Shown: piece by piece, positions 8,919 through 17,796 of the stretch | Layout of the letters: every line of letters begins with the position of its first letter | Position numbering within the stretch: position 1 is the first letter of the stretch | Assembly: GCA_020724555.1 (NCBI GenBank) | Contig: DYGT01000004.1 | Location: forward strand, 9,564 to 73,563 | Source of the DNA: Candidatus Microgenomatus sp. | GTDB lineage: Bacteria > Patescibacteriota > Microgenomatia > UBA8517 | Reading direction: 5' to 3' | DNA: 64,000 bases | Notes under the pieces: model-generated | The model's database searches: none | What the model was told of the DNA's origin: nothing | Seen by the model: only the letters and a program-made list of their open reading frames with translations | Translations under genes and position numbers: made by a program

Positions 8919-10562
8919 TTAATTGGCGACTATCTGAAATGCTATTTCGCCACTAGGAAAATAAATCTCATAAACGACATTTGTTTCATCCGGAATTTCT
9001 TCATCTGTACCAATTATAAGGCTGTCCGGATTTTGGCGCGCAAGCTTGTAAAAATCTATTGCAACAAATCTGTATTTTGAATATGCGTCAACAGTGGAAA
9101 AACCGAATTCGTCTGCCTTTGTAAGCGTGTGATCTGCTTGAAAAAGTTCGGGCGGATACTTAGTGTAATACAACATAAGTATGTACGGCTGGTCGTAACG
9201 CGTGGTGATGAAAACTTTTTCAAACTTGTGCTCTTCTTGGACAACATAATCTGCCATTTGAGAAAATCCGTATTGCGAAGAATAAGGATATTCCTTGGGC
9301 AGATGTTTGTAATACATTATTAAATACCTGACGACGGAAAGGCAAAGAGAGAATATGATAAGCGAAAATAGTGTATACTTCATATAATTTTTTTGCTTTT
9401 TGGCAAAAATTAATATCTGCGATAATCCAAAACCACTAAAAATTGCCATGGGTATGACCATGTTTTGCGCCCGCAGAGCATGTGGAGACTGAAACGTAAA
9501 AGCCGCAGCCGCAGGAGATATCAATAGCCACCAAAAAACAAATCCCCATCCTTTAAATTTCTTGGCTATTTGCGACCCGGCAACGAGGATAAACACAATC
9601 TCCACTAGATATAAAAGCCCTGTTTCAGGGACTTTATTGCGCTGTATCTCATCTCCTGAAATAAACAAAAATTCACCTTTGTAGTGCTTTCCCCAATTTG
9701 AAAGAAATTTCATCGTATACTCAAGGGGTTTATTGTGAAAGGCTTTGGCGCTTATACCTCCAATATCCTGATGTTGGCCTCTAAGCTCATTAATGCGGTT
9801 AATAATTCCAGGGTCTGCCGTAATTCCCACTCCACCAGCGCGAGACAAACCCCCACCTATGAGTAACGAATAAATAAGCGGCAACGCCAAAACAATGCCA
9901 ATTGCAAGCGAGGCTATAAACGTTTTGGCGTTTCTTTTTATATAGGACCGGTTAAAAAACAAAAGGCCCAAACCTAAAAGAGGCGCAACAACCAAAGAGG
10001 CATGATAAATATATAAAGAAATTACAAAAGCTATAATCGAAAAAAAATAATATTTAGGTTTTTTTGTGGCATTTAAAAACAATAAAACGCCCAGCAACAT
10101 AAAAAACGTCGCAACATTCACTTCCCAGGCGCCGCGGGAAAAATGGATATGCCACGGGGAAATTGCAAGCATTAATGCCGCCGAAAGTGAAAAATACTCC
10201 TTTTTTTCTTCTTGCAGATTGCCAAACCAATTTTTTACCAACAATGCAATTAAAAATATGCTTAAACTTCCCAAAAAAATGGAAACAAATCTGATGCTTA
10301 ATGCATTTAAGCCAAATAAATAGACAAAGGGTAAAATCAGATAAACGTATCCGCCGGGCTTATAATCATTAAAAGACTGAAAATGTATCGGCCAGGCATT
10401 TCCATGCTCGTCTTTTCCGGTTTGGATTAAAGAATAGGCGTTGTATCCCAAAGCCGCCTCGTCCGCATTTATTGGAGGTAAAGTCGCGGACTTACATAGT
10501 CTTAAAATAAGACCAAGCAAGAAAATTAATAATAATAATAAATAATACTTATTCTGTTTCAT
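8919..10562 (-). CDS. GT39/PMT/ArnT-like GT-C membrane glycosyltransferase, family A paralog A1
   Basis: NADEAALGYNAYSLIQTGKDEHG first-loop DE motif, then FNDYKPGGYVYL. Central AFHNK...FLFISGD. Late LISPAAAAF..SPHALRA. 547 aa, polytopic. Confidence 0.75.
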   Translation of the reverse strand: MKQNKYYLLLLLIFLLGLILRLCKSATLPPINADEAALGYNAYSLIQTGKDEHGNAWPIHFQSFNDYKPGGYVYLILPFVYLFGLNALSIRFVSIFLGSLSIFLIALLVKNWFGNLQEEKKEYFSLSAALMLAISPWHIHFSRGAWEVNVATFFMLLGVLLFLNATKKPKYYFFSIIAFVISLYIYHASLVVAPLLGLGLLFFNRSYIKRNAKTFIASLAIGIVLALPLIYSLLIGGGLSRAGGVGITADPGIINRINELRGQHQDIGGISAKAFHNKPLEYTMKFLSNWGKHYKGEFLFISGDEIQRNKVPETGLLYLVEIVFILVAGSQIAKKFKGWGFVFWWLLISPAAAAFTFQSPHALRAQNMVIPMAIFSGFGLSQILIFAKKQKNYMKYTLFSLIIFSLCLSVVRYLIMYYKHLPKEYPYSSQYGFSQMADYVVQEEHKFEKVFITTRYDQPYILMLYYTKYPPELFQADHTLTKADEFGFSTVDAYSKYRFVAIDFYKLARQNPDSLIIGTDEEIPDETNVVYEIYFPSGEIAFQIVAN

Positions 10563-12210
10563 TGACTTTTAATACATAAAATGCGGCTGTACCGTCCGGA
10601 TAATCGATTTCTTTGCTTAAACTAAGCTTGGGTATTTGTGAAATTTTATCTAAAGGCAGGGTAACTGCACTAACAATTAAATATGAATTGTCCGTAGCAT
10701 ATATTTCCCCCCAATTAAGATCCTGAAAGTAAACATTGCCTACTTTTTCAACTAAACCTACGTCCGCATTTCCACTTTCTTTAAATGAATTAGCGTTTTG
10801 GTACTCCAGAGGGTCGTATTGGCTATAAAATAAATAATAAATATAGGGCTGGTTATACGACTGCTCAACAAAAACGGTGCTATCATCCGCAATTTTATCT
10901 ATTTCTAAAGCCATTTGTTTATATCCATAGCCCCACTGTCGGGCTTGAAGCTCTGGCAAGTGGACAAATTCCGCTTCGACAAACAACAAAAAAGAAACTA
11001 TGTATGAAAAAATCAATATAACCAGAGCTTTTTTACTAAATTTTTCATAAAGTGAGGCTACACCTAAGGCAGCCAAAATAATTAAGGGTACGGATAAATA
11101 TAAGGCTCTCACGGCATGGACTTGGTCGCGCGACAGGGCAGCCGGTAATGGTGCCAGTAATAACCAAAGCAAAACAAGCGCTCGGTTTTTATCAAACCTT
11201 CGGAATAAATAAAATAATCCCACGGGTATAGTTACGATGCTTGCCAGAAGCATCATGCCATGGTATGGAGGGCTATGTCTGGGGTTTTGCCAATCACCTG
11301 TAAAAAACAAAAAATCGGTTGAATAGTGATTAAAGTAGCGCCCCAATATTCCGCGCAAAAAATTATATGGTTCGGAATAAAACAGATAATAAGCCGTACT
11401 GCCCACTTTTACATTTGCCTGAGATATAAAAGCATCGCGGTACTGGCTTGGCCGGGGATAAGAAAAAACGCTGAAAACAGATAGCCGGCCGGTCTGGCCT
11501 TTAAAAAATGACATAGCCACCGGCAGCAAAAATATTAATCCAGTAATTATTGATATTAATAAGTACTTAAATCTTATTTTAATAAATTGCTGATAAAAAA
11601 GTGCCAAAAGAAAAATTAGTAAAAACAAACTCATGAATTTGGCGCCTTGATAAGTCCACAACGTCAATCCAAAAGCAATAGCCGAAAAGATTAAATATTT
11701 GTTCTTATTTAGGGCTATGAGGAAAAAATATACAGCCATTATTGTCAACAGCAAAGCAATATTTACTTCCCAAGCGCCGCGGGAAAAATGAACCGACCAG
11801 GGATTTATCGCAAGCAGAAGTGAAGAAATATACGCCGTTTTTTGCCCAAAAAGTTTTTTCATTAACAAATACATAAAGAGCACGGACAGCGTCCCACCTA
11901 AAACACTCGGTAAACGAACAGCAACTTCGGTTAAGCCAAGAAAAGCAACAAACGGAATTGTCAGATATACATATAGACCGGGCTTATAATCTCCAAATGA
12001 TTTGAAGATAACCGGTAAAAGTGCTCCGTGCTCATCGCGCCCGGTTTTTAATATGGAATACGCATTATATCCCAAAGCCGCCTCGTCCGCAGTTAAACTT
12101 GGAGGGTTACTACCAATATCATAAAACCTGATTATAAATGCCGCAGTTAAAATTGCGGCCATGGTTGCTATATTTTTATTCTTCATATATTTCATAGGCA
12201 ACATCCCCAT
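10549..12210 (-). CDS. GT39/PMT/ArnT-like GT-C membrane glycosyltransferase, family A paralog A2. The true start is probably an internal Met, which removes the 35-nt overlap with A3.
   Basis: TADEAALGYNAYSILKTGRDEHG; FGDYKPGLYVYL; FLFFTGDWQNPRHSP; LLAPLPAALSRDQVHAVRA. Confidence 0.75.
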   Translation of the reverse strand: MGMLPMKYMKNKNIATMAAILTAAFIIRFYDIGSNPPSLTADEAALGYNAYSILKTGRDEHGALLPVIFKSFGDYKPGLYVYLTIPFVAFLGLTEVAVRLPSVLGGTLSVLFMYLLMKKLFGQKTAYISSLLLAINPWSVHFSRGAWEVNIALLLTIMAVYFFLIALNKNKYLIFSAIAFGLTLWTYQGAKFMSLFLLIFLLALFYQQFIKIRFKYLLISIITGLIFLLPVAMSFFKGQTGRLSVFSVFSYPRPSQYRDAFISQANVKVGSTAYYLFYSEPYNFLRGILGRYFNHYSTDFLFFTGDWQNPRHSPPYHGMMLLASIVTIPVGLFYLFRRFDKNRALVLLWLLLAPLPAALSRDQVHAVRALYLSVPLIILAALGVASLYEKFSKKALVILIFSYIVSFLLFVEAEFVHLPELQARQWGYGYKQMALEIDKIADDSTVFVEQSYNQPYIYYLFYSQYDPLEYQNANSFKESGNADVGLVEKVGNVYFQDLNWGEIYATDNSYLIVSAVTLPLDKISQIPKLSLSKEIDYPDGTAAFYVLKVNETE

Positions 12211-13846
12211 TCAGAAAATAGATTTCGTCTATTTTATCCCAATCCGAAGGGGCATTACCCGCACTGGTTATCAACAAACAACGCGCCTCCCCGCAATCAA
12301 CCAAATCTCCGCTTTCCAGGTAAAAACTATACTGAGGGCCTTTTACAATTTCCCAATCGTTTAAAAAATAAAATTTGTCAAAGCTATCAACCCAGTACCA
12401 ATTTGATTGGTAAAAGCGCTTTAAATTTTCATCATTTCTATAATCTGCGGGGTCCCATGGCCAATAAAATAAAATAAACTCGTGTGGCTCGCCGTATTTT
12501 TTTGTAACCAAAAACTTATCATAGTTTTCATATCTATTTTTTATATAGTCAACAAGTTGTTTTGTTCCGTATTGCCAGCTCCACGAATAATTATTCCTGT
12601 ATTCGCCCGTATAATAATTGATATAGGCTGCATAACTTAATAATAAAATCGCTAAATATAAAGCCAAAAAAACATATTTATAAAAAATTACTTTTATCTT
12701 ATCCAAGATATGCTTTAACCCAGATGCGATAAAAACAACAGCAGCTGGCGCCATGATTAGACTCCTTAATGCATGGGGCGACTCGCGGGTTACACTTGCC
12801 GCCAGTGGTGCGAGCAATAACCACGACAAAAAAAGTATTTGCCATTTTTTGCGCTCACGCAAGGAAGCTAAAACGCCCCAATAAAAGGTAAGGACATGCA
12901 CAAAAGATAAAAGCCCAACTCCCGGCAGGCTAAATTGGTAATGACCGGAACCCCTAAAAAACAAAAATCTTGGGTCAAAATGAGAAATATAATTATTAAT
13001 AAATCTGGGGACAAAATAAGTTACGCGATTATATATGAAGCGAGTTATAAGCGGAGAATAGTTTGTATTTTGGCGCAATAAACCAATTTCATAAAGTGCA
13101 TTATCGTTAATAATAGCAACCAACCCATATCTGGCTTGGCCCTGAGGCATTATTAACTGATAAATCATTGGAAGAAAAAACAAAGAAAGCACTAATAAAG
13201 ACAGCAATAAATTAATTTTAGTAAAATTCTTAAACAATTCTTTTTTGTAAAGAATTAGCAAACCGGTAACAAAAAGAGGCGTAAAAACCCGTGCAGTATT
13301 ATAAGTCCAAACCGAAAGACCGAAAAACAGAAAACTAAACATTAAATTGGCGGTTTTGCCCTCTTTTGCTCTAAAGAAAAAAAAGACTGCTGCTAAAACA
13401 AAAAAATTGGCCAGATTTGCCTCCAGAGCGGCTCTTGAAACCAGCACAGTCCAAGACTCAAGTGCCATAAACAGAGCAGCAAAAACAGAAATTTTTTCGT
13501 CTTTTGTAACTTTTTTTATTAAAAAATAAATAAGAATCACCGAAGCCGTCCCCGCCAAAACAGACGGAAGCCGCACGGACCACGCATTCAAACCCAAAAG
13601 CCAGACAAAAGGCACGGTCGTATAGATGTATGCCGGAAGCTTATAATCCCCATATGCTCTAAAAATCAGAGGAAAACTTTTTCCCCACTCGTCTTTACCT
13701 GTTTTTAAAATTGAGTATGCATTATAACCATGGCTTACCTCGTCCCAATTTAGTGCTGGCGGATTGGTTGATAAACCGATTAATCTTACGAGAGCAGCTA
13801 TTATAAAAATGGCAACAAAAAAATATTTATAGATATATGTCTGCAT
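12176..13846 (-). CDS. GT39/PMT/ArnT-like GT-C membrane glycosyltransferase, family A paralog A3
   Basis: NWDEVSHGYNAYSILKTGKDEWG; YGDYKLPAYIY; FLFFRGSGHY; LLAPLAASVTRESPHALRS. Confidence 0.75.
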   Translation of the reverse strand: MQTYIYKYFFVAIFIIAALVRLIGLSTNPPALNWDEVSHGYNAYSILKTGKDEWGKSFPLIFRAYGDYKLPAYIYTTVPFVWLLGLNAWSVRLPSVLAGTASVILIYFLIKKVTKDEKISVFAALFMALESWTVLVSRAALEANLANFFVLAAVFFFFRAKEGKTANLMFSFLFFGLSVWTYNTARVFTPLFVTGLLILYKKELFKNFTKINLLLSLLVLSLFFLPMIYQLIMPQGQARYGLVAIINDNALYEIGLLRQNTNYSPLITRFIYNRVTYFVPRFINNYISHFDPRFLFFRGSGHYQFSLPGVGLLSFVHVLTFYWGVLASLRERKKWQILFLSWLLLAPLAASVTRESPHALRSLIMAPAAVVFIASGLKHILDKIKVIFYKYVFLALYLAILLLSYAAYINYYTGEYRNNYSWSWQYGTKQLVDYIKNRYENYDKFLVTKKYGEPHEFILFYWPWDPADYRNDENLKRFYQSNWYWVDSFDKFYFLNDWEIVKGPQYSFYLESGDLVDCGEARCLLITSAGNAPSDWDKIDEIYFLNGDVAYEIYEE

Positions 13847-15505
13847 TTAAGGTAAAGCTTGATAAGCAAAAGGCAAAGTATCGGGGTTTACTATCCAAAA
13901 AGCATCGGATAAATCGGGGTATTTTACGACATGGATAACGGGAGCATCCGGCGGAAATTCCTCCGGCCGGCCCACCAACAAAACAGAAGATAAAGCTTTA
14001 TATTTTGGATAATCCATGCTTGTAAAAACGTATTTACCCAGCCTGTACTCAGGCATTTGGTCTACCCATTTAACCCCCAGTTCACGATAATTCCAGTCTT
14101 TTACCGCATTTTGATAAACTGACGGATCTAAACGAGAATAAAAAGCATAATAAATATGCGCTTCTGATAATGATTTGGAAATAATAATTTGCTCGTATGG
14201 TTTGTCTATTTCATTTAAGTAAGTAAAAATATCTTCTGCTCCATAAAGCATAGCGCGGGCAGTTGTGTATTTTTGCTGAATAAAATATTTTTCAGCAAAA
14301 AACACTAAAGACAGTAAATATAAAGCCAAAACACATTTTGTAAATACGGCTTTCTTACGGCGAGACATGATCTCATAAATATTATTCCAACCCACTGCAA
14401 GTAAAATCGACAGCGCCGGAAGCATAATAATCGCGCGGTTGGCGGCATATCCCGGCCCACGCGACAAGGCCGCCGGAATCGGGGCGGTTAATAGCCAAAA
14501 CACAAGCCAGGGAGCTTTTTTAAGCTCTTTTATATTAATAAAAATACCAACAATAAACAGAAGTTCCAGTAAATACAAAACACCCACTCCTGGCATCATC
14601 CCGTATGTTCCCTCACCGGCTCCGCTGGAAAACAAAAATTGCGGTGAAAAATATTGAAAGTATTGATCCAAAAAAGTTTTTCCCAAAACCAAAAATCTGT
14701 TATTAAATAAACGCGCCCAAGTAAGGGGCAAACCGGCCAGCATTGCGTTAAACCTTGCATCTGCCGGAGGTTTGGTATCTAGGATTGTACTCGTCGCCAG
14801 ACGGTCTCCTGCCCCTTTAAACATACTTACCAAAGCGAGTATAAAAAAGGCAGCAAAAACCAAAAGAAAGATTAAAAAATTTCTATTCTTTAAATGATTT
14901 TGCCAATTTTTAGGATTAAATTTATATATGATTAAAAATCCCAAAACAAGAGGAGTTATAAGTCTTGCGGAATGGTAAGTAAAAAGATTCAAGCCCAAAA
15001 AGAACCCGGATAAAGCCGCCTGTTTTTTGGATTTCGTTATGCCCCAAAAAAAATAAATACCGGCTGTTAAAAAAAAGGTCGTGAGATTAGCCTCAAACGC
15101 CCCTCTGCTCATGGCAATGTGCCAAGGGGATATAGCCAAGATAAATGCCGCCATTAATGCTATTTTTTCGCTACCAAAACTGCGTTTTGTCAACAAATAA
15201 GTAAAATAGGTAGCGCCAACGCCCAAAAGTGCCACCGGCAAGCGGACGGCAAATTCGCTCAAACCAAAGATCAATACGCTGGGAATAGCCAGATATGCCA
15301 AAAGTGGCATTTTTCCGTCGCCAAAAGATTGAAGCACTATCGGGAATTTATTCCCCCATTGATCTTTGCCGGTTTTTAGTATGCTATAAGCATCATAACC
15401 AAACGATGCTTCATCGGGAGTAAAACCAAAAGGATAGTCAGATAAACCAATTAATCTAATAAAAGCAGAAATGGTTAAAATTAAAACCAATAATTTATTT
15501 CCCAT
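13847..15505 (-). CDS. GT39/PMT/ArnT-like GT-C membrane glycosyltransferase, family A paralog A4
   Basis: TPDEASFGYDAYSILKTGKDQWG; FSPQFLFSSGAGEG; LTAPIPAALSRGPGYAANRA. Its stop directly abuts the A3 start. Confidence 0.75.
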   Translation of the reverse strand: MGNKLLVLILTISAFIRLIGLSDYPFGFTPDEASFGYDAYSILKTGKDQWGNKFPIVLQSFGDGKMPLLAYLAIPSVLIFGLSEFAVRLPVALLGVGATYFTYLLTKRSFGSEKIALMAAFILAISPWHIAMSRGAFEANLTTFFLTAGIYFFWGITKSKKQAALSGFFLGLNLFTYHSARLITPLVLGFLIIYKFNPKNWQNHLKNRNFLIFLLVFAAFFILALVSMFKGAGDRLATSTILDTKPPADARFNAMLAGLPLTWARLFNNRFLVLGKTFLDQYFQYFSPQFLFSSGAGEGTYGMMPGVGVLYLLELLFIVGIFINIKELKKAPWLVFWLLTAPIPAALSRGPGYAANRAIIMLPALSILLAVGWNNIYEIMSRRKKAVFTKCVLALYLLSLVFFAEKYFIQQKYTTARAMLYGAEDIFTYLNEIDKPYEQIIISKSLSEAHIYYAFYSRLDPSVYQNAVKDWNYRELGVKWVDQMPEYRLGKYVFTSMDYPKYKALSSVLLVGRPEEFPPDAPVIHVVKYPDLSDAFWIVNPDTLPFAYQALP

Positions 15506-15526
15506 TATTTTATTATAACGATATAT

Positions 15527-17206
15527 TTAGTAAACCTCGACAATCAGCCAAGCAACTTCACCATTGGGGAACAAAACCTGCTCCACTACCCGAGCCTCAT
15601 TTGGGTCGATATCCTTGGGCCTTACCCGCTCCGGAGGCCCGACAAAAAGGTGCCCGGATTTATATCGATCCTCGGGCCAATATATAGGCCTGAATTCATA
15701 ATTATCATAGCCGGCGCCTTCACCTAAGGACTGTGGATCGGCCTGAATCAGTCGCGCTTGTGGTTGATACAGTTCCGGTGGATATTTTTGAAAGAACAAA
15801 AAGAATATGTAAGGACCTTGGTAAGTTGTATCTACCACAACTTTTTGATAATGAGCTGCAAGCGGGGTAACTTTATTAACTACCTCCTGATAACCCCACT
15901 GCCACCCTGCCGGGCCCTTATAATTTTTTTTAGGAGTATAAATGTAATAGCTTATAAAATAAAAGGCTAGTAAATATGTTGAAACTAAAGCGGCTAACAC
16001 CAATAATAATTTTTTTAATTTTACTGGTTGCTTTTTAATAATCGCCGCCGATTCCCAAAAGCCAAGCGAAGACAACATCAATAACGGATAAACCATATTA
16101 AACGCACGGCGGGCGTGTACCGGATCGCGTGTAATAGCAGCAGGCAGTGGAGCCAATAATAGCCACCCAACAGTAAACATGCGGTTCTTTTTTTTAAGCT
16201 TGCCAAGAGAAGTTAAACCCAAAAATATAAATGGCAAATCAAACAAATAAAGCATACCCATATCAAAAATGTATTGCCTGGGGTCTTCCGAAGGACCGAA
16301 AAAAAATAAAAATCTGGGTGAAAAATGAGTCAAATACCGATCGATAAACCCAAAAGTGCCTTCGGCCAGAGAACTATGAAACAAGTCATAAGTTAATACT
16401 GAAGTGCTTAATTTTTGAACTTGCGTAACATACTCGCCTGGGCGTTGATAGCCAAAGACAGTTGTTTTAAGAATTTTTTCCTGATGCCCTTGGGATACAA
16501 GAGACGAAAAAATGGGTAAGGCAAAAATAAGTATAACAAAGATGATTTTTAATAAAATCTTTTTTCTCTCAAAAAGTTGTTTACGGTTAACAAACAACAA
16601 CCATAAAAAAATGAGCGGAACAAACAATCTTTCTCCAAAATAACTATAGATAGAAAGTGAAAAAAATACAGCTGATAAATAATAAAGTTTGGGCTTTTTA
16701 TTACCATACAAGAAAAAGGCAATACCTGCTGTCGTAAATATGGTGGCAAAACCCACATCCGCCCCTCCTCTGCTGAATTGCAGATGCCAAGGAGAGAAAC
16801 AAAGCATTAAGGCCGAGACAAAAGCAACTTTTCTTTGCGTCAAAACTTTAACTATAAAATAAAAGGCCACAACGGAAAAAGAAGACGTAAGACTCGGAAG
16901 TAAACGGACAGACCATAAATTTAATCCAAAAATTTTAATAAAGGGTACCAAAGCATATATAAACAAAGGCGCTTTATAGTCTCCGACTGATTTAAATTGC
17001 AAGGGCATAAAATTGCCATATTCATCTTTGCCTGTTTTTAGGATTGAATAGGCATTATAAGCAAAACTAGTTTCGTCCCAATTTAAACTAACCGGTACTT
17101 TATTTATAAACACAATCCTTAGTAAAAAAGCTAGAATAAAGATACCGAAAGGCAGTAAAAGATCGCCACTTACCTTATTATTTTTAAATTTTTCCAGGAC
17201 TTTCAT
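15527..17206 (-). CDS. GT39/PMT/ArnT-like GT-C membrane glycosyltransferase, family A paralog A5
   Basis: NWDETSFAYNAYSILKTGKDEYG; FSPRFLFFFGPSEDPRQY; LLAPLPAAITRDPVHARRA. Confidence 0.75.
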   Translation of the reverse strand: MKVLEKFKNNKVSGDLLLPFGIFILAFLLRIVFINKVPVSLNWDETSFAYNAYSILKTGKDEYGNFMPLQFKSVGDYKAPLFIYALVPFIKIFGLNLWSVRLLPSLTSSFSVVAFYFIVKVLTQRKVAFVSALMLCFSPWHLQFSRGGADVGFATIFTTAGIAFFLYGNKKPKLYYLSAVFFSLSIYSYFGERLFVPLIFLWLLFVNRKQLFERKKILLKIIFVILIFALPIFSSLVSQGHQEKILKTTVFGYQRPGEYVTQVQKLSTSVLTYDLFHSSLAEGTFGFIDRYLTHFSPRFLFFFGPSEDPRQYIFDMGMLYLFDLPFIFLGLTSLGKLKKKNRMFTVGWLLLAPLPAAITRDPVHARRAFNMVYPLLMLSSLGFWESAAIIKKQPVKLKKLLLVLAALVSTYLLAFYFISYYIYTPKKNYKGPAGWQWGYQEVVNKVTPLAAHYQKVVVDTTYQGPYIFFLFFQKYPPELYQPQARLIQADPQSLGEGAGYDNYEFRPIYWPEDRYKSGHLFVGPPERVRPKDIDPNEARVVEQVLFPNGEVAWLIVEVY

Positions 17207-17796
17207 ACCTTAGCCGGCAGCAAATAAAGATAATCGTGCAAAAACCGTAAGTATTCATAAATAAAAATCATAAGTAAAAACAAAACAACTTTAGGTTTTA
17301 TTTTGATAAGCCTTGCCAAACCTACCCCGGCTAAGGTGCACAATATAAATAATGCGGGCAGTCTAACAAAAGTATTATATTCATGGGCGATAAAACCGGC
17401 CGGGAGTAATGAAACTATAAGACATATAAAAGTCAGTAAACGCAATTTATTGTTTAAATAGTAAATACCCGCCAACATCAAAGGTAAATAAGATAAATAC
17501 AAACAGCCCGCAATTATCGCTCCGGAAAAAAATAAGTAATGAGGCTCAAAAGTGTTGCCAATGCGAATAAGTATCATTCTTCCTCTATAAGTCACTTTGT
17601 TGGCAAAAAGCCTGGCCACAAAATTGGGCATTCCTGCCTCAAACAATAAGCCACGATTGTTGTTTATAGTTTCCCGGGCTACACGGTCTGAAACAGTAAT
17701 TGTTTCACCTGGCGAAAAGTCTTTCTGGCCTAAAGTAAAAAGAGCAGCAGGAGATAATATAAATAAAAATATTGCTGCTGTAATAATATTTTTCAT
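17203..17796 (-). CDS. Half-size family A derivative (197 aa). It matches only the central loop and following TM region of the GT39-like paralogs and lacks the catalytic DE N-terminus. It is either a truncated paralog/pseudogene remnant or an accessory subunit.
   Basis: ARLFANKVTYRGRMILIRIGNTFEPHYLFFSG aligns with A6 RLFHNKFTYWGDMIVNNYLDSFSLDFLFYEGD. SLLPAGFIAHEYNTFVRLPALFIL aligns with the APIPAAxTRD region. It has a signal-peptide-like N-terminus and ATGA overlaps at both ends. Confidence 0.55.
   Translation of the reverse strand: MKNIITAAIFLFILSPAALFTLGQKDFSPGETITVSDRVARETINNNRGLLFEAGMPNFVARLFANKVTYRGRMILIRIGNTFEPHYLFFSGAIIAGCLYLSYLPLMLAGIYYLNNKLRLLTFICLIVSLLPAGFIAHEYNTFVRLPALFILCTLAGVGLARLIKIKPKVVLFLLMIFIYEYLRFLHDYLYLLPAKV

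Noticed and set aside
12176-12210. 35-nt overlap between A3 stop and A2 start as evidence of a frameshift or fusion
   Set aside because: A2 has in-frame Met codons 5, 8 and 16 residues downstream (MKYMKNKNIATMAAIL). The most downstream of these eliminates the overlap, so a later start is the simpler explanation.
8919-17206. Whether the repeated about 1.65-kb units could be a mobile element array, IS copies or an assembly duplication
   Set aside because: The paralogs are divergent at protein level, at best moderately similar. Their conserved motifs are embedded in different sequence. There is no transposase or integrase, and no inverted terminal repeats. The pattern fits ancient gene duplication.
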